DNA of 64,000 nt from an uncultured Ignavibacteriales bacterium (GCA_964489705.1 CAZAZQ010000010.1:64724-128723), one strand, 5' to 3'. Shown: positions 52,469 to 62,814, counted from the first letter of the stretch. Numbers and translations: made by a program. The notes: generated from the sequence alone by a model not told the origin.

Positions 52469-54318
52469 TTCAACTTATCCGCAGGGTAAATATCCAGTTC
52501 TATCATCCATTTTTTCAAATACGATACCCGGTCGTTTTCACTGAGGGTGGAGAGGTCGAAAGGACGGCCTCTCCCGTCGAGAATGATTCCCACCACTCCG
52601 CCGTGCAGCTCGGTTTCCAGACGGTTGCCTTTACCGGCGCCGACATCGAAATTCCGCTCGGGCTCGAAGACCGCCTTGACCTTTTCCGGCAGCCCGTCGT
52701 CGCCGATACCCAGCTCGAAGCGTTTCATCTCCAGATAATTCAGTGTCCCGGAGACCGGACCGGAAGGCAGCTCGATGGTATACTTCATGACCGGACCGCC
52801 TTTTTTTGGCACTCCCGCCGGAGCGACGCAGGTACCGAGGTGAATCAGGCAGTCTTTGACGAATACTTCCGTCGCCGCCTGTTTGTGCACTTCCGTCAGT
52901 ACACCCAATTGCGGCATCATAAAGATAGAGTCGACCGCCAAGCGGGTCACCCCTTCGGGGAGAAAAGCATCAATGAGCATGAGAGCGGACTGCTGACGGC
53001 GGGGAGCATGTGAGAGCACACCGCCGGAGCCGATGAGCATATCCAGAGTCATCATGTTGACAATGGTGGCGCCCGACGCCGATTGCTCGAAGGCGTCGGC
53101 GATGGTTCGCTGTTGTTGAATCCCTTTCAAAACGGTGGCGAAACTCTTATGCTGGATAAACGCCAGACGCAGCGCTTCCTTGGCGATGGCTTGCTCGAAA
53201 ATCAATTCTTCCATCGATTGCGGGATAGTGGTCGGTCGTACCATTTTGTTCTTCACCCGGTTCCGAAGGTCGCGCTCGTCCATTTTGAACGGTACCCAGC
53301 GCATTACCATGGGAAGGGAAGCTTCGGCAAAGACGTTCGAAATGGAGTACGACATTCCCAGATTCGCCGACACCGTTCGATTGAACACCGGTGACTCGCC
53401 GTCGGGACGGAACACCGAGAAAACGTCGGTGGTGGCTCCGCCGATGTCTACACCGACCGCTTCGATGTTGTACTGGTCGGCAATGGTCTGGATAATCAAG
53501 CCGACGGCACCCGGGGTCGGCATAATGGGGGCATCCGTCCAGGACATAAGCTTCTTGTATCCCGGCGCCTGTGCCATCACGTGTTCCATGAACAGCTCGT
53601 GAATCTCTTCCCGCGCCGGTCCGAGGTTTTCCCGTTCCAGCACCGGTCGGAGATTGGGAACGACTTTCAAGTCAACCTTGTCGGCGAGCGTGTTTTTAAC
53701 CGCCTCGGTGGCATCTTTGTTTCCGGCGTAAATAACCGGCAGCTTGTAACTCGAGCCGAGACGGGGGCGAGGATCGGCGGCGGCAATGAGTTCGGCAATT
53801 TCAACCACGTGGGTAGTTGTTCCGCCGTCGATACCGCCGGAGAGCAATATCATGTCCGGACGAAGGTGGCGAATACGTTCAATCTGCTGGTGGGGGAGAC
53901 GTTTGTCGTTGGAGGCGATGACGTCCATGACGATAGCCCCCGCTCCCAAGGCGGCGCGTTCGGCGGATTCCGCCGTCATCGAGCGAACCACGCCCGCCAC
54001 CATCATTTGCAGACCGCCGCCTGCGGAAGAAGTAGAGATATAAATGTCGGTACCGACCTTGTCCTTGGCGGGAGAAATTATTTTTCCGTTTTCGTCGAGG
54101 AGTTTTCGACCCGATAGTTCTTCCACTTCCGCCACGGCGTTGAGGACGCCCATTGTCACGTCTTCAAACGGAGCTTCCACCGTTGTCGGAGCTTCGCCTC
54201 GAACGACCAAGCGATACTCGCCGTTGTGGTATTCAATCAGAATAGCTTTCGTGGTCGTCGAGCCACAGTCGGTTGCCAAAATAACTTTAATATCATCAGG
54301 ATTTTCAAATTTTGCCAT
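52465..54318 (-). CDS. ASKHA-fold protein resembling glutamate mutase L (GlmL/MutL family), extended form
   Basis: 617 aa. Phosphate-1-like ILATDCGSTTTKAIL at the N-terminus, a second nucleotide-binding motif VGVDIGGATTDVFSV, and LLSGGIDGG. The overall pattern resembles GlmL/hydantoinase-branch ASKHA proteins. This assignment is from memory of the family and has not been searched. Confidence 0.6.
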   Translation of the reverse strand: MAKFENPDDIKVILATDCGSTTTKAILIEYHNGEYRLVVRGEAPTTVEAPFEDVTMGVLNAVAEVEELSGRKLLDENGKIISPAKDKVGTDIYISTSSAGGGLQMMVAGVVRSMTAESAERAALGAGAIVMDVIASNDKRLPHQQIERIRHLRPDMILLSGGIDGGTTTHVVEIAELIAAADPRPRLGSSYKLPVIYAGNKDATEAVKNTLADKVDLKVVPNLRPVLERENLGPAREEIHELFMEHVMAQAPGYKKLMSWTDAPIMPTPGAVGLIIQTIADQYNIEAVGVDIGGATTDVFSVFRPDGESPVFNRTVSANLGMSYSISNVFAEASLPMVMRWVPFKMDERDLRNRVKNKMVRPTTIPQSMEELIFEQAIAKEALRLAFIQHKSFATVLKGIQQQRTIADAFEQSASGATIVNMMTLDMLIGSGGVLSHAPRRQQSALMLIDAFLPEGVTRLAVDSIFMMPQLGVLTEVHKQAATEVFVKDCLIHLGTCVAPAGVPKKGGPVMKYTIELPSGPVSGTLNYLEMKRFELGIGDDGLPEKVKAVFEPERNFDVGAGKGNRLETELHGGVVGIILDGRGRPFDLSTLSENDRVSYLKKWMIELDIYPADKLK

Positions 54319-54403
54319 TAGACAAACCTGTACTTTAAGCCGTTGTTCTCATTTTCCATACGCTTCGATATCTCACCATTATCACAAGCGCTTCTCATTA
54401 AAT

Positions 54404-54422
54404 AAAAAAAGCGGAATTCCGC
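54404..54422 (-). terminator. Weak minus-strand terminator after the methyltransferase gene
   Basis: Palindrome GCGGAATTCCGC (54411-54422), followed on the minus strand by TTTTTTT (complement of 54404-54410). The stem is short. Confidence 0.35.
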
Positions 54423-54500
54423 AAGAGCTTTATATAACATAATATGAGCTGGTTGTAAATAGTCAATTTCGCACTATTTTTAATGCCGGTCTTTCGCCGG

Positions 54501-55265
54501 TTATGGCTTCTCGGCACAGAGAACGTACGAAGGAAGCAAAGCTAAGCCGAAAGCAGCTATTTCCTTATCCAGAGCGTCAATTTCTCGCTCTACCACTGTT
54601 TTTTCCTCATCCGGGAGTTTTCGGCAGGCAGCGAGTATGCCCGTTTTCATTGCCCGCCAGGCTTCCGGTGGTAAGGTCACCATCTTATCATGGAAGATTT
54701 TCCGCCTCAGTACCCGAAAGCCGACGGCGGACAAAAAATCGCTGACCGATGCGGGGGCAAAGATGTGTTCGGCATCCCGACCAAGCCATTTTTCGACTTT
54801 CGCTTCAATATCGTAGGCTTTTTTCAGCAGTTCTTGAGGTTTACTGTGCCGGCTGGGAGAGATATCGATGACTATTATCTTTCCCTTTTTTGTCAGAAGC
54901 CGGTGTGCCTCGAGAAATGTTTGCTTGATGTCATCGACAGAAAGGTGGTGGACAAGATTATAGTAAAATATATAGTCCGCACTCGCCGGTTGAAGGGAAG
55001 TGCGGCGTATGTCCGCTTTAATCAACTCAATATCGGTGAGGTTTTTCTGTAAGAGGGTTTCTTGAGCCTTATCGGTATTTTTGTCAATGCCGACCAAAGA
55101 TGCGGCTGGGAACTTCTTCCCCAATAGGGAAAGCAGCATCCCTTTGCCGATACCCATTTCCACCATACGGCACGGTGAGGAGGGTATTCCCAGCCAGTCG
55201 AGCACATCAGCAAGGTGTTGCTCAATCCGTTGCTGCAATGAGTGATACCAAGCCGGTGTCGTCAT
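54501..55265 (-). CDS. Class I SAM-dependent methyltransferase
   Basis: Start taken at ATG 55265 (MTTPAWYH...). Motif [12 protein letters not shown], followed by LVGIDKN and [10 protein letters not shown]. The longer ORF start (55376) would overlap the divergent gene. Confidence 0.8.
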   Translation of the reverse strand: MTTPAWYHSLQQRIEQHLADVLDWLGIPSSPCRMVEMGIGKGMLLSLLGKKFPAASLVGIDKNTDKAQETLLQKNLTDIELIKADIRRTSLQPASADYIFYYNLVHHLSVDDIKQTFLEAHRLLTKKGKIIVIDISPSRHSKPQELLKKAYDIEAKVEKWLGRDAEHIFAPASVSDFLSAVGFRVLRRKIFHDKMVTLPPEAWRAMKTGILAACRKLPDEEKTVVEREIDALDKEIAAFGLALLPSYVLCAEKP

Positions 55266-55351
55266 CGGTGAACCGTTTGGGAGAGGGTAATTTTGTTGTA
55301 TCTTTTCATCCTTATGAATATAATAGTCCGAACGGACGGAGAAAATTATTT

Positions 55352-55927
55352 GTGAGAAAAAACAGTCACACACCACCGGTGAGAAAGAGCAAGCACGTCG
55401 ACCTCAGCGGAGAAGTACGGGCTCGCACTGAGGAAGAGCTTTTCGCTTTGCTCGCCAATCTCCGGGAGCAGCCTTTCCTGTTGGTGCTTGACGGCATTCA
55501 AGATCCCCATAATTTGGGCGCCTGTTTGCGGACGGCTGACGCCGCCGGGGTTCATGCCGTGATTGCCCCCAAGGATAGAGCGGCACCTTTGACGCCGACA
55601 GTGCGCACTATTGCCAGCGGCGGAGCGGAGCATGTGCCGTTTGTGGTGGTGACAAATCTGGCACGGACGTTGAAAGAGTTGAAGAAACTCGGCATTTGGC
55701 TAGTGGGCACATCGGACAGGGCGAAGCAGATTCTTTACGACGTCGATTTAACCGGCCCGTTGGCGCTGGTCATGGGGGCGGAAGGAAAGGGATTGCGGCG
55801 CTTGACCCAGGAGACGTGCGATTTTTTAGCCTCTATTCCCATGTTCGGAGCGGTAGAATGCCTGAATGTCTCGGTAGCAACCGGGGTGTGCCTGTTTGAA
55901 GCGGTTCGGCAGAGGAAAAAGCTCTAA
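55352..55927 (+). CDS. SpoU/TrmH-family RNA 2-prime-O-methyltransferase (RlmB-like)
   Basis: Start taken at in-frame GTG 55352. Motifs [33 protein letters not shown] and [22 protein letters not shown] (SPOUT knot). Confidence 0.8.
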   Translation: MRKNSHTPPVRKSKHVDLSGEVRARTEEELFALLANLREQPFLLVLDGIQDPHNLGACLRTADAAGVHAVIAPKDRAAPLTPTVRTIASGGAEHVPFVVVTNLARTLKELKKLGIWLVGTSDRAKQILYDVDLTGPLALVMGAEGKGLRRLTQETCDFLASIPMFGAVECLNVSVATGVCLFEAVRQRKKL

Positions 55928-55933
55928 AAAATT

Positions 55934-55976
55934 CCCCCTGCCGATAAAGCCATCGGAAGGGGGAGAGTACTTTTTT
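55934..55976. terminator. Hairpin terminator between convergent genes
   Basis: CCCCCTGCCGAT (55934-55945) pairs with ATCGGAAGGGGG (55952-55963), a 12-bp stem with one mismatch. TTTTTT lies at 55971-55976 and an A-run lies to the left for the opposite strand. Confidence 0.65.
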
Positions 55977-56066
55977 CGAAAAAAGGGCGTCACGCTCTCT
56001 TTTCTCGACGCTTGACTGGTAGCCGTTTTTATTATACGTCAAAATCGCTTTCCTGTCAAATCCTCC

Positions 56067-56483
56067 CTAAAAGAACAAATAGTTCACAAGGGCTGTTATG
56101 TCTGCAACATTGACGGAGCCGTTTTGGTCGAAATCAGCCGTGGACATCGCCGGCGGCTCCGGTCCCTCGCGGAACAGGTAGTCGATAAGAAACGTCAGGT
56201 CGGAAATATCAATAGAACCATCGAGATTGAGGTCGCCGGGATAAGCGGTAAGTTCCTCCCAGTTGATATAGCGGGCGTAAATATCGGGATTTCCGGGGGA
56301 ATTGCGGTAATCTTCCCACGCGAAAATGACCGTATTGCCGGTATATTCATACGAGGAAAACGCCACTGCCGGGTTGATTTGGTCGGTAGTCGTCACATCG
56401 GTATTTATTCTGAGTCGAGTGCCGATAAAGTCGCCTGCTTCGGTCAAACGCGCTGCCCAAACGCCGGCGCCGTTGGTCGTCAT
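56067..56483 (-). pseudogene. Dockerin-like-module ORF without a signal peptide, probably the 3-prime remnant of a larger surface-protein gene
   Basis: 138 aa. It ends in PGDLNLDGSIDISDLTFLIDYLFREG and DFDQNGSVNVADITALVNYLFF. There is no signal peptide or RBS. In-frame TGA and TAA stops lie 21 and 30 nt upstream of the ATG, and the upstream sequence gives unrelated low-complexity text. Confidence 0.4.
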
Positions 56484-56641
56484 AACATCGGCTTCTCTTC
56501 TGAATCGTCAAAGAAATTACGGTAAGTGCTTGTTGGAAGAGAAAAATAGTGGTACCATAGAAGGATTGGGAGGAGGAGTGAACAAACACCTCTTTTGGGA
56601 GGGATGAAAAAACGGTTGTATTGTGTAGATGAGACTCCCGT

Positions 56642-57472
56642 ATGAAGATTCACAATCTGACAGAGTCGTTTATCGAGCATGTTTTGGATGGGGATGACCA
56701 GCAGACATATGAAAACAAGTATCCGGCTTTATTTGCTCATTATTATCGCTTTTGGTCGCCTCGTCGTACGTTCGATCGTTCCTTAACCGAGGCATGGGTA
56801 CGGGAGCGAACCCAAGAGATTATTAAGCGATATGGAACCATTGAACAAAAGTTTGCCGAGTCGTCGTTTGACATTTCTTCACTTGAAATGGTTCTTTTCG
56901 TCGGTCACGGAACAACCAACGGTCATGCTTTTCGGGATGGGGAGAGGACGGTGGTCTGGATCCCTGTCGAGACGTATACGTCGCCGTTGTTAATCGATGT
57001 GTTTCTTACCCATGAGATTGTTCACGGATTGCATTATCAATATTCGCCCGGTTTTTACTTTCGGACGTCCGACGAACAAAAGCTCTGTTCCCGTCAGCTC
57101 ATTACCGAAGGTGTCGCTACCTTATTGAGTCAGGAGATATTGGGAATTGATGAGTTGACCGCACTGTGGGCGGATTTTCTTTCGGAAGCTGATACCGCTG
57201 CCTGGTATGCCCGCTGTCAGGAAGAGGAAAGAGGGTTGAGCCGCTTTCTCTTGCAGAATTTCAGTTCTTCAAGTTCCGACATAAAGCTGTTTTTAGCCGC
57301 CGATCCGGATGATATCTATGCTTACCGAGGGGGGTATTACCTCGGGATGAAAATAATCCGACAAGTCAAAGAAACTGCCGGTATTGATTCTCACGAGTTG
57401 CTGCGGCTCGATGCTGATACTTTGACCGCCATGGCTAGGCAACAGGTGGAGAGACTTGCAAGCGGAAAGTAA
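56642..57472 (+). CDS. Putative zinc-dependent peptidase-like protein (HExxH motif)
   Basis: 276 aa. The motif THEIVHGLHY contains HExxH. No signal peptide. Family membership (DUF2268-like) is only a guess. Confidence 0.55.
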   Translation: MKIHNLTESFIEHVLDGDDQQTYENKYPALFAHYYRFWSPRRTFDRSLTEAWVRERTQEIIKRYGTIEQKFAESSFDISSLEMVLFVGHGTTNGHAFRDGERTVVWIPVETYTSPLLIDVFLTHEIVHGLHYQYSPGFYFRTSDEQKLCSRQLITEGVATLLSQEILGIDELTALWADFLSEADTAAWYARCQEEERGLSRFLLQNFSSSSSDIKLFLAADPDDIYAYRGGYYLGMKIIRQVKETAGIDSHELLRLDADTLTAMARQQVERLASGK

Positions 57473-57488
57473 AAAAGGAGATGGTGTC

Positions 57489-57926
57489 ATGGCACCTCAT
57501 TTTCATTATCTCGCTCGTGCCTTCATTGTGGTTGATGGATTCCTTTTGCTGGCTCACTCGGAAGGTGACGATTTCACTTTCTTACCGGGCGGACATATTG
57601 AAGCTGGAGAGCGGGTTGAAGATGCCTTGCTTCGTGAACTGAGGGAAGAGCTTCATAAGGAGGCGGTGATTGAGCGTTTCATTGGGGCGGTGGAGCATGA
57701 ATGGGAGGAGAAGGGGAGAGCGCAGTATGAAATAAATTTACTTTTTGAAGTTTCCATCCCGGGTTTGCCGGTACCGGAAGCATCTCAATGTTTCGAACCG
57801 ACCTGTGAGTTTCTCTGGGCGAAAGTTTCGGAGCTGGAGAAATTCAACTTACAACCGGCTCCTCTTATCGAGTGTGTCCGCCGTTCCTTTGATACCTATA
57901 TCGCTTTCTGGGCATCCACGTTGTAA
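57489..57926 (+). CDS. NUDIX hydrolase
   Basis: Start at ATG 57489 with AAGGAG 9 nt upstream. The Nudix box is GGHIEAGERVEDALLRELREELHKE. Confidence 0.85.
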   Translation: MAPHFHYLARAFIVVDGFLLLAHSEGDDFTFLPGGHIEAGERVEDALLRELREELHKEAVIERFIGAVEHEWEEKGRAQYEINLLFEVSIPGLPVPEASQCFEPTCEFLWAKVSELEKFNLQPAPLIECVRRSFDTYIAFWASTL

Positions 57927-57954
57927 GGTTGTTGTTCCCTCTTTGCCCTGTCTT

Positions 57955-58689
57955 TTATTCTCCAATCAACTCTTTGATTTTATCAATATCCCTATTGGCA
58001 CGCTCGTAATCTTCGGGGCGTCCGATATCGAGCCAGTAGCCTTCGTAAGGGAAGATGTTAATCGGTTCTTTCCGTTTTAGAAGTTCCAGCATGAGTTCGT
58101 CAAAGCCAAAGGGGGTATCAGGCGGGATAACTTCCAAGAGACTGCGGGAGAAAACATAGATACCCATTGAAACGGTAAAATGATAGCACGGCTTTTCCCG
58201 GAAGTTTCGAACGGTTCTCTTGTCCTCATGGAGTTCTAACACGCCGTAGTCGATTTTAACCGTCCGTTGGTGGGTTGCGACCGTGAGCTTGGCGGGATGG
58301 GTGAGGTGAAAGTCGAACAGTTTTCGGAAATCAAGGTCGGTAAGAATGTCCCCGTTGGCGACGATAAAATGTTCCGGCAACTCTTTTATCAGTTTTACGG
58401 GAGCGACCGTGGACAGAGGAGTCGGCTCATGCGAATACTTCAGCTCCATTCCCAAGTGCCTCCCGTCGCCGAGCGCCGCAATGATAAGATGCGCCAGATG
58501 GTTTACCGCCAGATGAGCTTTGGTCACGCCGTATTTTTTCATCTGTTTCAGAAGAATCTCAATAATCGGCTTTTCTCCAACCGGGACCAGCGGTTTGGGA
58601 ATCTCGGCGGTGTAGGGATACAGGCGGGTACCTTTTCCTCCCGCAAGAATGACCGCTTCCATTTTTTGTTCATCGTGGCGTATCATCAT
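57955..58689 (-). CDS. Sugar-phosphate nucleotidyltransferase
   Basis: MEAVILAGGKGTRLYPYTAEIPKPLVPV is the canonical NTP-transferase signature. The true start is probably the ATG at 58662 (MEAVILAGG) rather than 58689. Confidence 0.85.
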   Translation of the reverse strand: MMIRHDEQKMEAVILAGGKGTRLYPYTAEIPKPLVPVGEKPIIEILLKQMKKYGVTKAHLAVNHLAHLIIAALGDGRHLGMELKYSHEPTPLSTVAPVKLIKELPEHFIVANGDILTDLDFRKLFDFHLTHPAKLTVATHQRTVKIDYGVLELHEDKRTVRNFREKPCYHFTVSMGIYVFSRSLLEVIPPDTPFGFDELMLELLKRKEPINIFPYEGYWLDIGRPEDYERANRDIDKIKELIGE

Positions 58690-58706
58690 TAATTGCCTAT
58701 GATTGC

Positions 58707-59696
58707 CTATGCGTTTCGGTACCGTGGGTTATCGGGATCAGGTATCATGCCGGTTTTGAGCGCGGCAATAATTTCTCTGATACCGTCCGGCACACGTCGA
58801 GTAATCGAAAAGCCGAGCCGGTTCTTAATCTTATCGCAGTTGACGCGATAATCCCGCGGATCCTCTTCCTTGTGAATGTAAACAACGTTGTCGCGTTTTG
58901 ACGGCAGCTCTTCGAGAATACGTTCCACCAGTCTTTTTTTCTGGAAGTTCTCCAAGGTGTCGCCGACGTTGAACGCCTCATTGGCAACCAGCTCCGGTTC
59001 CGCTTCCAAAACGGCACAACATGCCCGGGCGATATCGAGCGTGTGACAATACGGGCGCCAGAATTGTTCACCGTAAATTTCAAGCTTCCTGTCCAGGAAG
59101 AGTTCCTTGGTGAATTCATTGACGGTAAGATCAAAGCGGGGACGTCCGGAAAGTCCGTAAGCGGTGGCAAAACGCAAACAGGTCGGTGTGAAATGTTCGT
59201 CGTGCATAGCGAGAAGAAATTGCTCAAATCCGACTTTCAATTCGGCGTAGAGGGAGATCGGGTTGAGGGGAGAGGTCTCATCGACGAAAGCATCGCTCTC
59301 GGCGGTTTTTCCGTAGTTGCTGCACGTGGAAGCAAAAATGAAACGCTCGATTCGACGAGCGAGTGCTCTTTCCGACAATCTTTCAGCCGCTTTGCCGTTG
59401 ACTTCTTTCGCAAGCTGTGGATTTTCCCGGCAGGCTTTGTCTCCGACGATTGCCGCTAAGTGGATGACGGCATCGACGTTTTCCAAGGCAGCGTCAACGT
59501 CGGCTGTTTGGCGGATATCTCCATAGTGGAACTCAAAGTTGGGATGAGAGAAGAACGGTAGAAGGGAGGTGCCACCAAAGGTAAGATTGTCCAATACCCG
59601 CACCCGGTGTCCCTGCTGCAACAAGTGCCCGACGACGACTGAGCCGATATACCCGGCGCCGCCGGTCACCAAGACTTTTCTTTCTTTTGTTGTCAT
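58707..59696 (-). CDS. NAD-dependent epimerase/dehydratase (extended SDR)
   Basis: VLVTGGAGYIGSVVVGHLL (the GxxGxxG motif), and a YxxxK region in SLYAELK. Confidence 0.9.
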   Translation of the reverse strand: MTTKERKVLVTGGAGYIGSVVVGHLLQQGHRVRVLDNLTFGGTSLLPFFSHPNFEFHYGDIRQTADVDAALENVDAVIHLAAIVGDKACRENPQLAKEVNGKAAERLSERALARRIERFIFASTCSNYGKTAESDAFVDETSPLNPISLYAELKVGFEQFLLAMHDEHFTPTCLRFATAYGLSGRPRFDLTVNEFTKELFLDRKLEIYGEQFWRPYCHTLDIARACCAVLEAEPELVANEAFNVGDTLENFQKKRLVERILEELPSKRDNVVYIHKEEDPRDYRVNCDKIKNRLGFSITRRVPDGIREIIAALKTGMIPDPDNPRYRNA

Positions 59697-59736
59697 CCTT
59701 GCGAGTTCCGTTTTCTTTCTGAGGAGCGCTTTCCTT

Positions 59737-61920
59737 CTACAGTTTCTTCAGCGTTTCGCGGGCGATTTTCAGGTTTTCCCCATGCAAACCGAGCTTGATG
59801 GCTTTAGTGAGGTTCTCCTTGGCTTCTTTTTTCCCTTCTTGGTACATCGCCATACCGATGTAGAAATACGGTTCCGGCTCGTCTTTGTATTTTCTCGATG
59901 CTTTGGTGGCTTCCCCACGACAGAGATCGTACCGCCCCGACTGGTAATGGACATAGCATAAGTTCATCCACACCTTGAGGTCGTGGTTGGCGTCAAAGAG
60001 TGCCCGGCGGGCAAGGTTCGCCGCTCGTTTGGCGTCGATTTTTTCCGAGGCAAGAAGGTGGGAGAAATAGTAATTGTTATCCACGTTAAATTCGGCTTTC
60101 ACCAGGTTGTCTTCAAAAATATCGAACGCTTCCTGCCGTTTGCCCAAGCCGTAGAGAGCGCGGGCTTTTTGGACGGATGCCGGTATGTTGGTCGGTTCCA
60201 GTTTCAGAGCATGTTCGGCGCGTTGGAGCGCCTGTTCGAAGTTGCCGTTGTCGTTGTCATACGAAGCGACAAGCGTTACGGCATCGGCGTTTTCTTGTCC
60301 CACTTGTGCCAGAAGCGCAAAGAGCTCTTTTCGCTTATCGTTCTTAGTGGCACGCTCCAGCAGTGAATTCATCTCTCGGAAGCGAACCAGGTCGCCCTTG
60401 ATAAGCGGGTAACTCTCTTTGAAAAGGGCGACCCCTTGCTCTATTTTGTTGTTTTCAACCAGGCATATCGCTTTGAGAACCGCCAATTCCGGAAAGGTTT
60501 TTTCAAACTGTGAATAGGCGCTGAAAAGGTTGACGGCTTTGCGGTGCTGTTTCAAGCGCCGGAACATATCGACCCAGTGTTCAAAAGCGGGACGGTAACG
60601 GGGGTTTTCTTCGAGAGCGCGGCGGTAGTAGGTTTGGGCGGAGTCATACTGCTGGACGAAGCGGTTAGCATAGATGTCGGCAAAGCCGGTCAGCCAGTCC
60701 GGATCTTGAGTATGATATTTTTTTAACACTGCCATCTCTTCTTGGTACTTTTCGTGATTGCCGATTCGGAAAAGGCAAAACGCCTTGCGCAAACGAACCT
60801 CCAGCCGGTTGATATAAACAGCGGGAACTCCTTCCAGTTGTTTTAATCCGTCTTGGTCGTCGAAGTAATCCGCGAATAATAACGCTATGTAGTACCTCAT
60901 GAATTCTTTGAAGACTTGGACATGGTTTTTCTTTGCCATCAATTGGGCGATGGCGGCGTAATTGGAGTTGAAGGTCAGGATATCCTTGAGATAACCGCGG
61001 GCTTGCATGTCGTAGATATAGCAGGTAACGGTTTCGGTGTTCGTGCGGGTAAAGTTGTCGCAAGCGTGGCGGGTCTGGGTATGGTCACCTTTGGCTTGGT
61101 AGTAAAAAAACTCCAAACCGGCGATGACTCTTTTGGGAGAGAGGTTTTTGGCTTTCAGACGGTTGATTATCTGTCGGGCTTCAAAAAAATAGTGATGCCG
61201 CAATGCCCGCCGGAATTGTTTCATCATCACCGCAAAATCATCGGGAGCAGCGGCGACCGCTTTTTGTCCCAAAACCACTGCGGAGTCGACCAATCCGGCG
61301 GCTTCAAAGTAATCGGCGGCATGGTCGTAATATTCGGCATTTTGAGGATCGGCCGATTGGGCGACGGCAAGGGCAAGGTCTGCCGAGTCGAGTTTGTTCG
61401 CTTGGAAGTATACTTTTGCCTTGACGAACGAAAGGGCAAGGGAGTCGCCGCCCTTTTCGATAGCCGTGGAAAGTTCGTTTATAGCTCGTCCGTATTGGCG
61501 GATATTTGCCAGTGCTTCGGCAAATATAACATGCGCTTCCGGATCGTCAGGCACCAGACGGGCGTATTCCGCCGCCATCTTGACGGCATCTTCCGGTTGA
61601 TTCAAGAAGGAATAAATTCGATAAGCGCCGGCATACGCCGGGGCAAAAGAAGAGGCATTCTCAGTAAGGGAAAGATACACCTGCAAAGCGTCAAAGATCA
61701 GAAGACGGTGTTCCATGATGAGTCCCGTCCCGTAAAAGCCTAACGGAGATTGCGGGACGGTCTTGCCTATCTCTTTGAAAGCCGCTTCAGCGTCATCGAA
61801 TGCGTATCGCTCGACGGCTTTGACTCCGTCTGAGAAAAGCTGAAGGGCTTTTTCTTCCGGTGATTTTCCGCAACTTGTCAGGAAAAGGATACTAAGAGCG
61901 GCAATAAAGAGCTTCTTCAT
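59737..61920 (-). CDS. Large TPR-repeat lipoprotein
   Basis: Start taken at ATG 61920 (MKKLFIAALSILFLTSCGK, lipobox LTSC). There are more than 10 TPR-like repeats along 727 aa. Confidence 0.8.
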   Translation of the reverse strand: MKKLFIAALSILFLTSCGKSPEEKALQLFSDGVKAVERYAFDDAEAAFKEIGKTVPQSPLGFYGTGLIMEHRLLIFDALQVYLSLTENASSFAPAYAGAYRIYSFLNQPEDAVKMAAEYARLVPDDPEAHVIFAEALANIRQYGRAINELSTAIEKGGDSLALSFVKAKVYFQANKLDSADLALAVAQSADPQNAEYYDHAADYFEAAGLVDSAVVLGQKAVAAAPDDFAVMMKQFRRALRHHYFFEARQIINRLKAKNLSPKRVIAGLEFFYYQAKGDHTQTRHACDNFTRTNTETVTCYIYDMQARGYLKDILTFNSNYAAIAQLMAKKNHVQVFKEFMRYYIALLFADYFDDQDGLKQLEGVPAVYINRLEVRLRKAFCLFRIGNHEKYQEEMAVLKKYHTQDPDWLTGFADIYANRFVQQYDSAQTYYRRALEENPRYRPAFEHWVDMFRRLKQHRKAVNLFSAYSQFEKTFPELAVLKAICLVENNKIEQGVALFKESYPLIKGDLVRFREMNSLLERATKNDKRKELFALLAQVGQENADAVTLVASYDNDNGNFEQALQRAEHALKLEPTNIPASVQKARALYGLGKRQEAFDIFEDNLVKAEFNVDNNYYFSHLLASEKIDAKRAANLARRALFDANHDLKVWMNLCYVHYQSGRYDLCRGEATKASRKYKDEPEPYFYIGMAMYQEGKKEAKENLTKAIKLGLHGENLKIARETLKKL

Positions 61921-62088
61921 AAATGATAATTCTCCTCGCAATTTTTTTGTTTGCACCAAATCTATAACTTGTTATATGATAAATCCATAGGTTTTGACGA
62001 GGGAAATAAAAAAATAGACCGTGTAGCAAATTTTGTGCTGTAAAACAAAAAATGTTTGTAAAAATATAAAATTCGGTTATATTAACTT

Positions 62089-62814
62089 ATGACAGTCCTA
62101 AAAGCGGAAATGCTGCGAAAATACTATCGCAAACGGGCTGTAGTCGACGGAGTATCGATTGTGGTCAATCCGGGGGAGGTTGTCGGGTTGCTCGGCCCGA
62201 ACGGGGCGGGGAAAACCACCACGTTTTACATGATTATCGGCTTCGTCCGACCGGACGGGGGGAAGGTATTTCTGGACGAGAAAAATATCGGGAATCTTCC
62301 CATGTACAAACGGGCGGTGCTGGGCATCGGGTACCTTGCTCAAGAAGCCTCGGTGTTCCGGAAGATGACCGTCGAAGAAAATATCTTATCGATTCTCCAG
62401 TTCCGAAAGCTGAGTCGGAAGGAGCGCAAGGAGAAACTGGAGGAGCTGTTACAAGAGCTGGATATTGCCCCGTTACGGAAGAGCAAAGCGTATACCCTCT
62501 CCGGAGGAGAACGACGGCGGGTGGAGATAACCCGGGCGTTGGTGAACGAACCGAAATTCATGCTGTTGGATGAGCCGTTTGCCGGAATCGACCCGATTGC
62601 GGTGGAGGATATTCAGAAGATAATCCATCGCCTGGTTCAGCGAGGGTTGGGTGTCCTCATAACCGATCATAACGTCCGGGAGACACTCTCGATTTGCGAC
62701 CGAGCATACATTATGTGTGACGGCAAGATATTGAAATCGGGGACGGCGGAATTTTTAGCCAATGACCCCGAATCACGGAAAATTTACTTGGGAGAAAAAT
62801 TCCGCCTGGACTAG
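62089..62814 (+). CDS. lptB: LPS export ABC transporter ATP-binding protein LptB
   Basis: Walker [12 protein letters not shown], signature [11 protein letters not shown], Walker [13 protein letters not shown], and [10 protein letters not shown]. It lies immediately upstream of rpoN, the classical synteny. Confidence 0.9.
   Translation: MTVLKAEMLRKYYRKRAVVDGVSIVVNPGEVVGLLGPNGAGKTTTFYMIIGFVRPDGGKVFLDEKNIGNLPMYKRAVLGIGYLAQEASVFRKMTVEENILSILQFRKLSRKERKEKLEELLQELDIAPLRKSKAYTLSGGERRRVEITRALVNEPKFMLLDEPFAGIDPIAVEDIQKIIHRLVQRGLGVLITDHNVRETLSICDRAYIMCDGKILKSGTAEFLANDPESRKIYLGEKFRLD

Noticed and set aside
55100-55351. The 5-prime extension of the SpoU-methyltransferase ORF
   Set aside because: It would overlap the divergent methyltransferase gene by over 160 nt and adds non-homologous Arg/Pro-rich sequence. 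The GTG at 55352 gives a compact SpoU/TrmH domain.
60916-61743. A 275-aa plus-strand ORF antisense to the TPR lipoprotein gene
   Set aside because: No motifs and no RBS. The opposite strand encodes regular TPR repeats with a lipoprotein signal.
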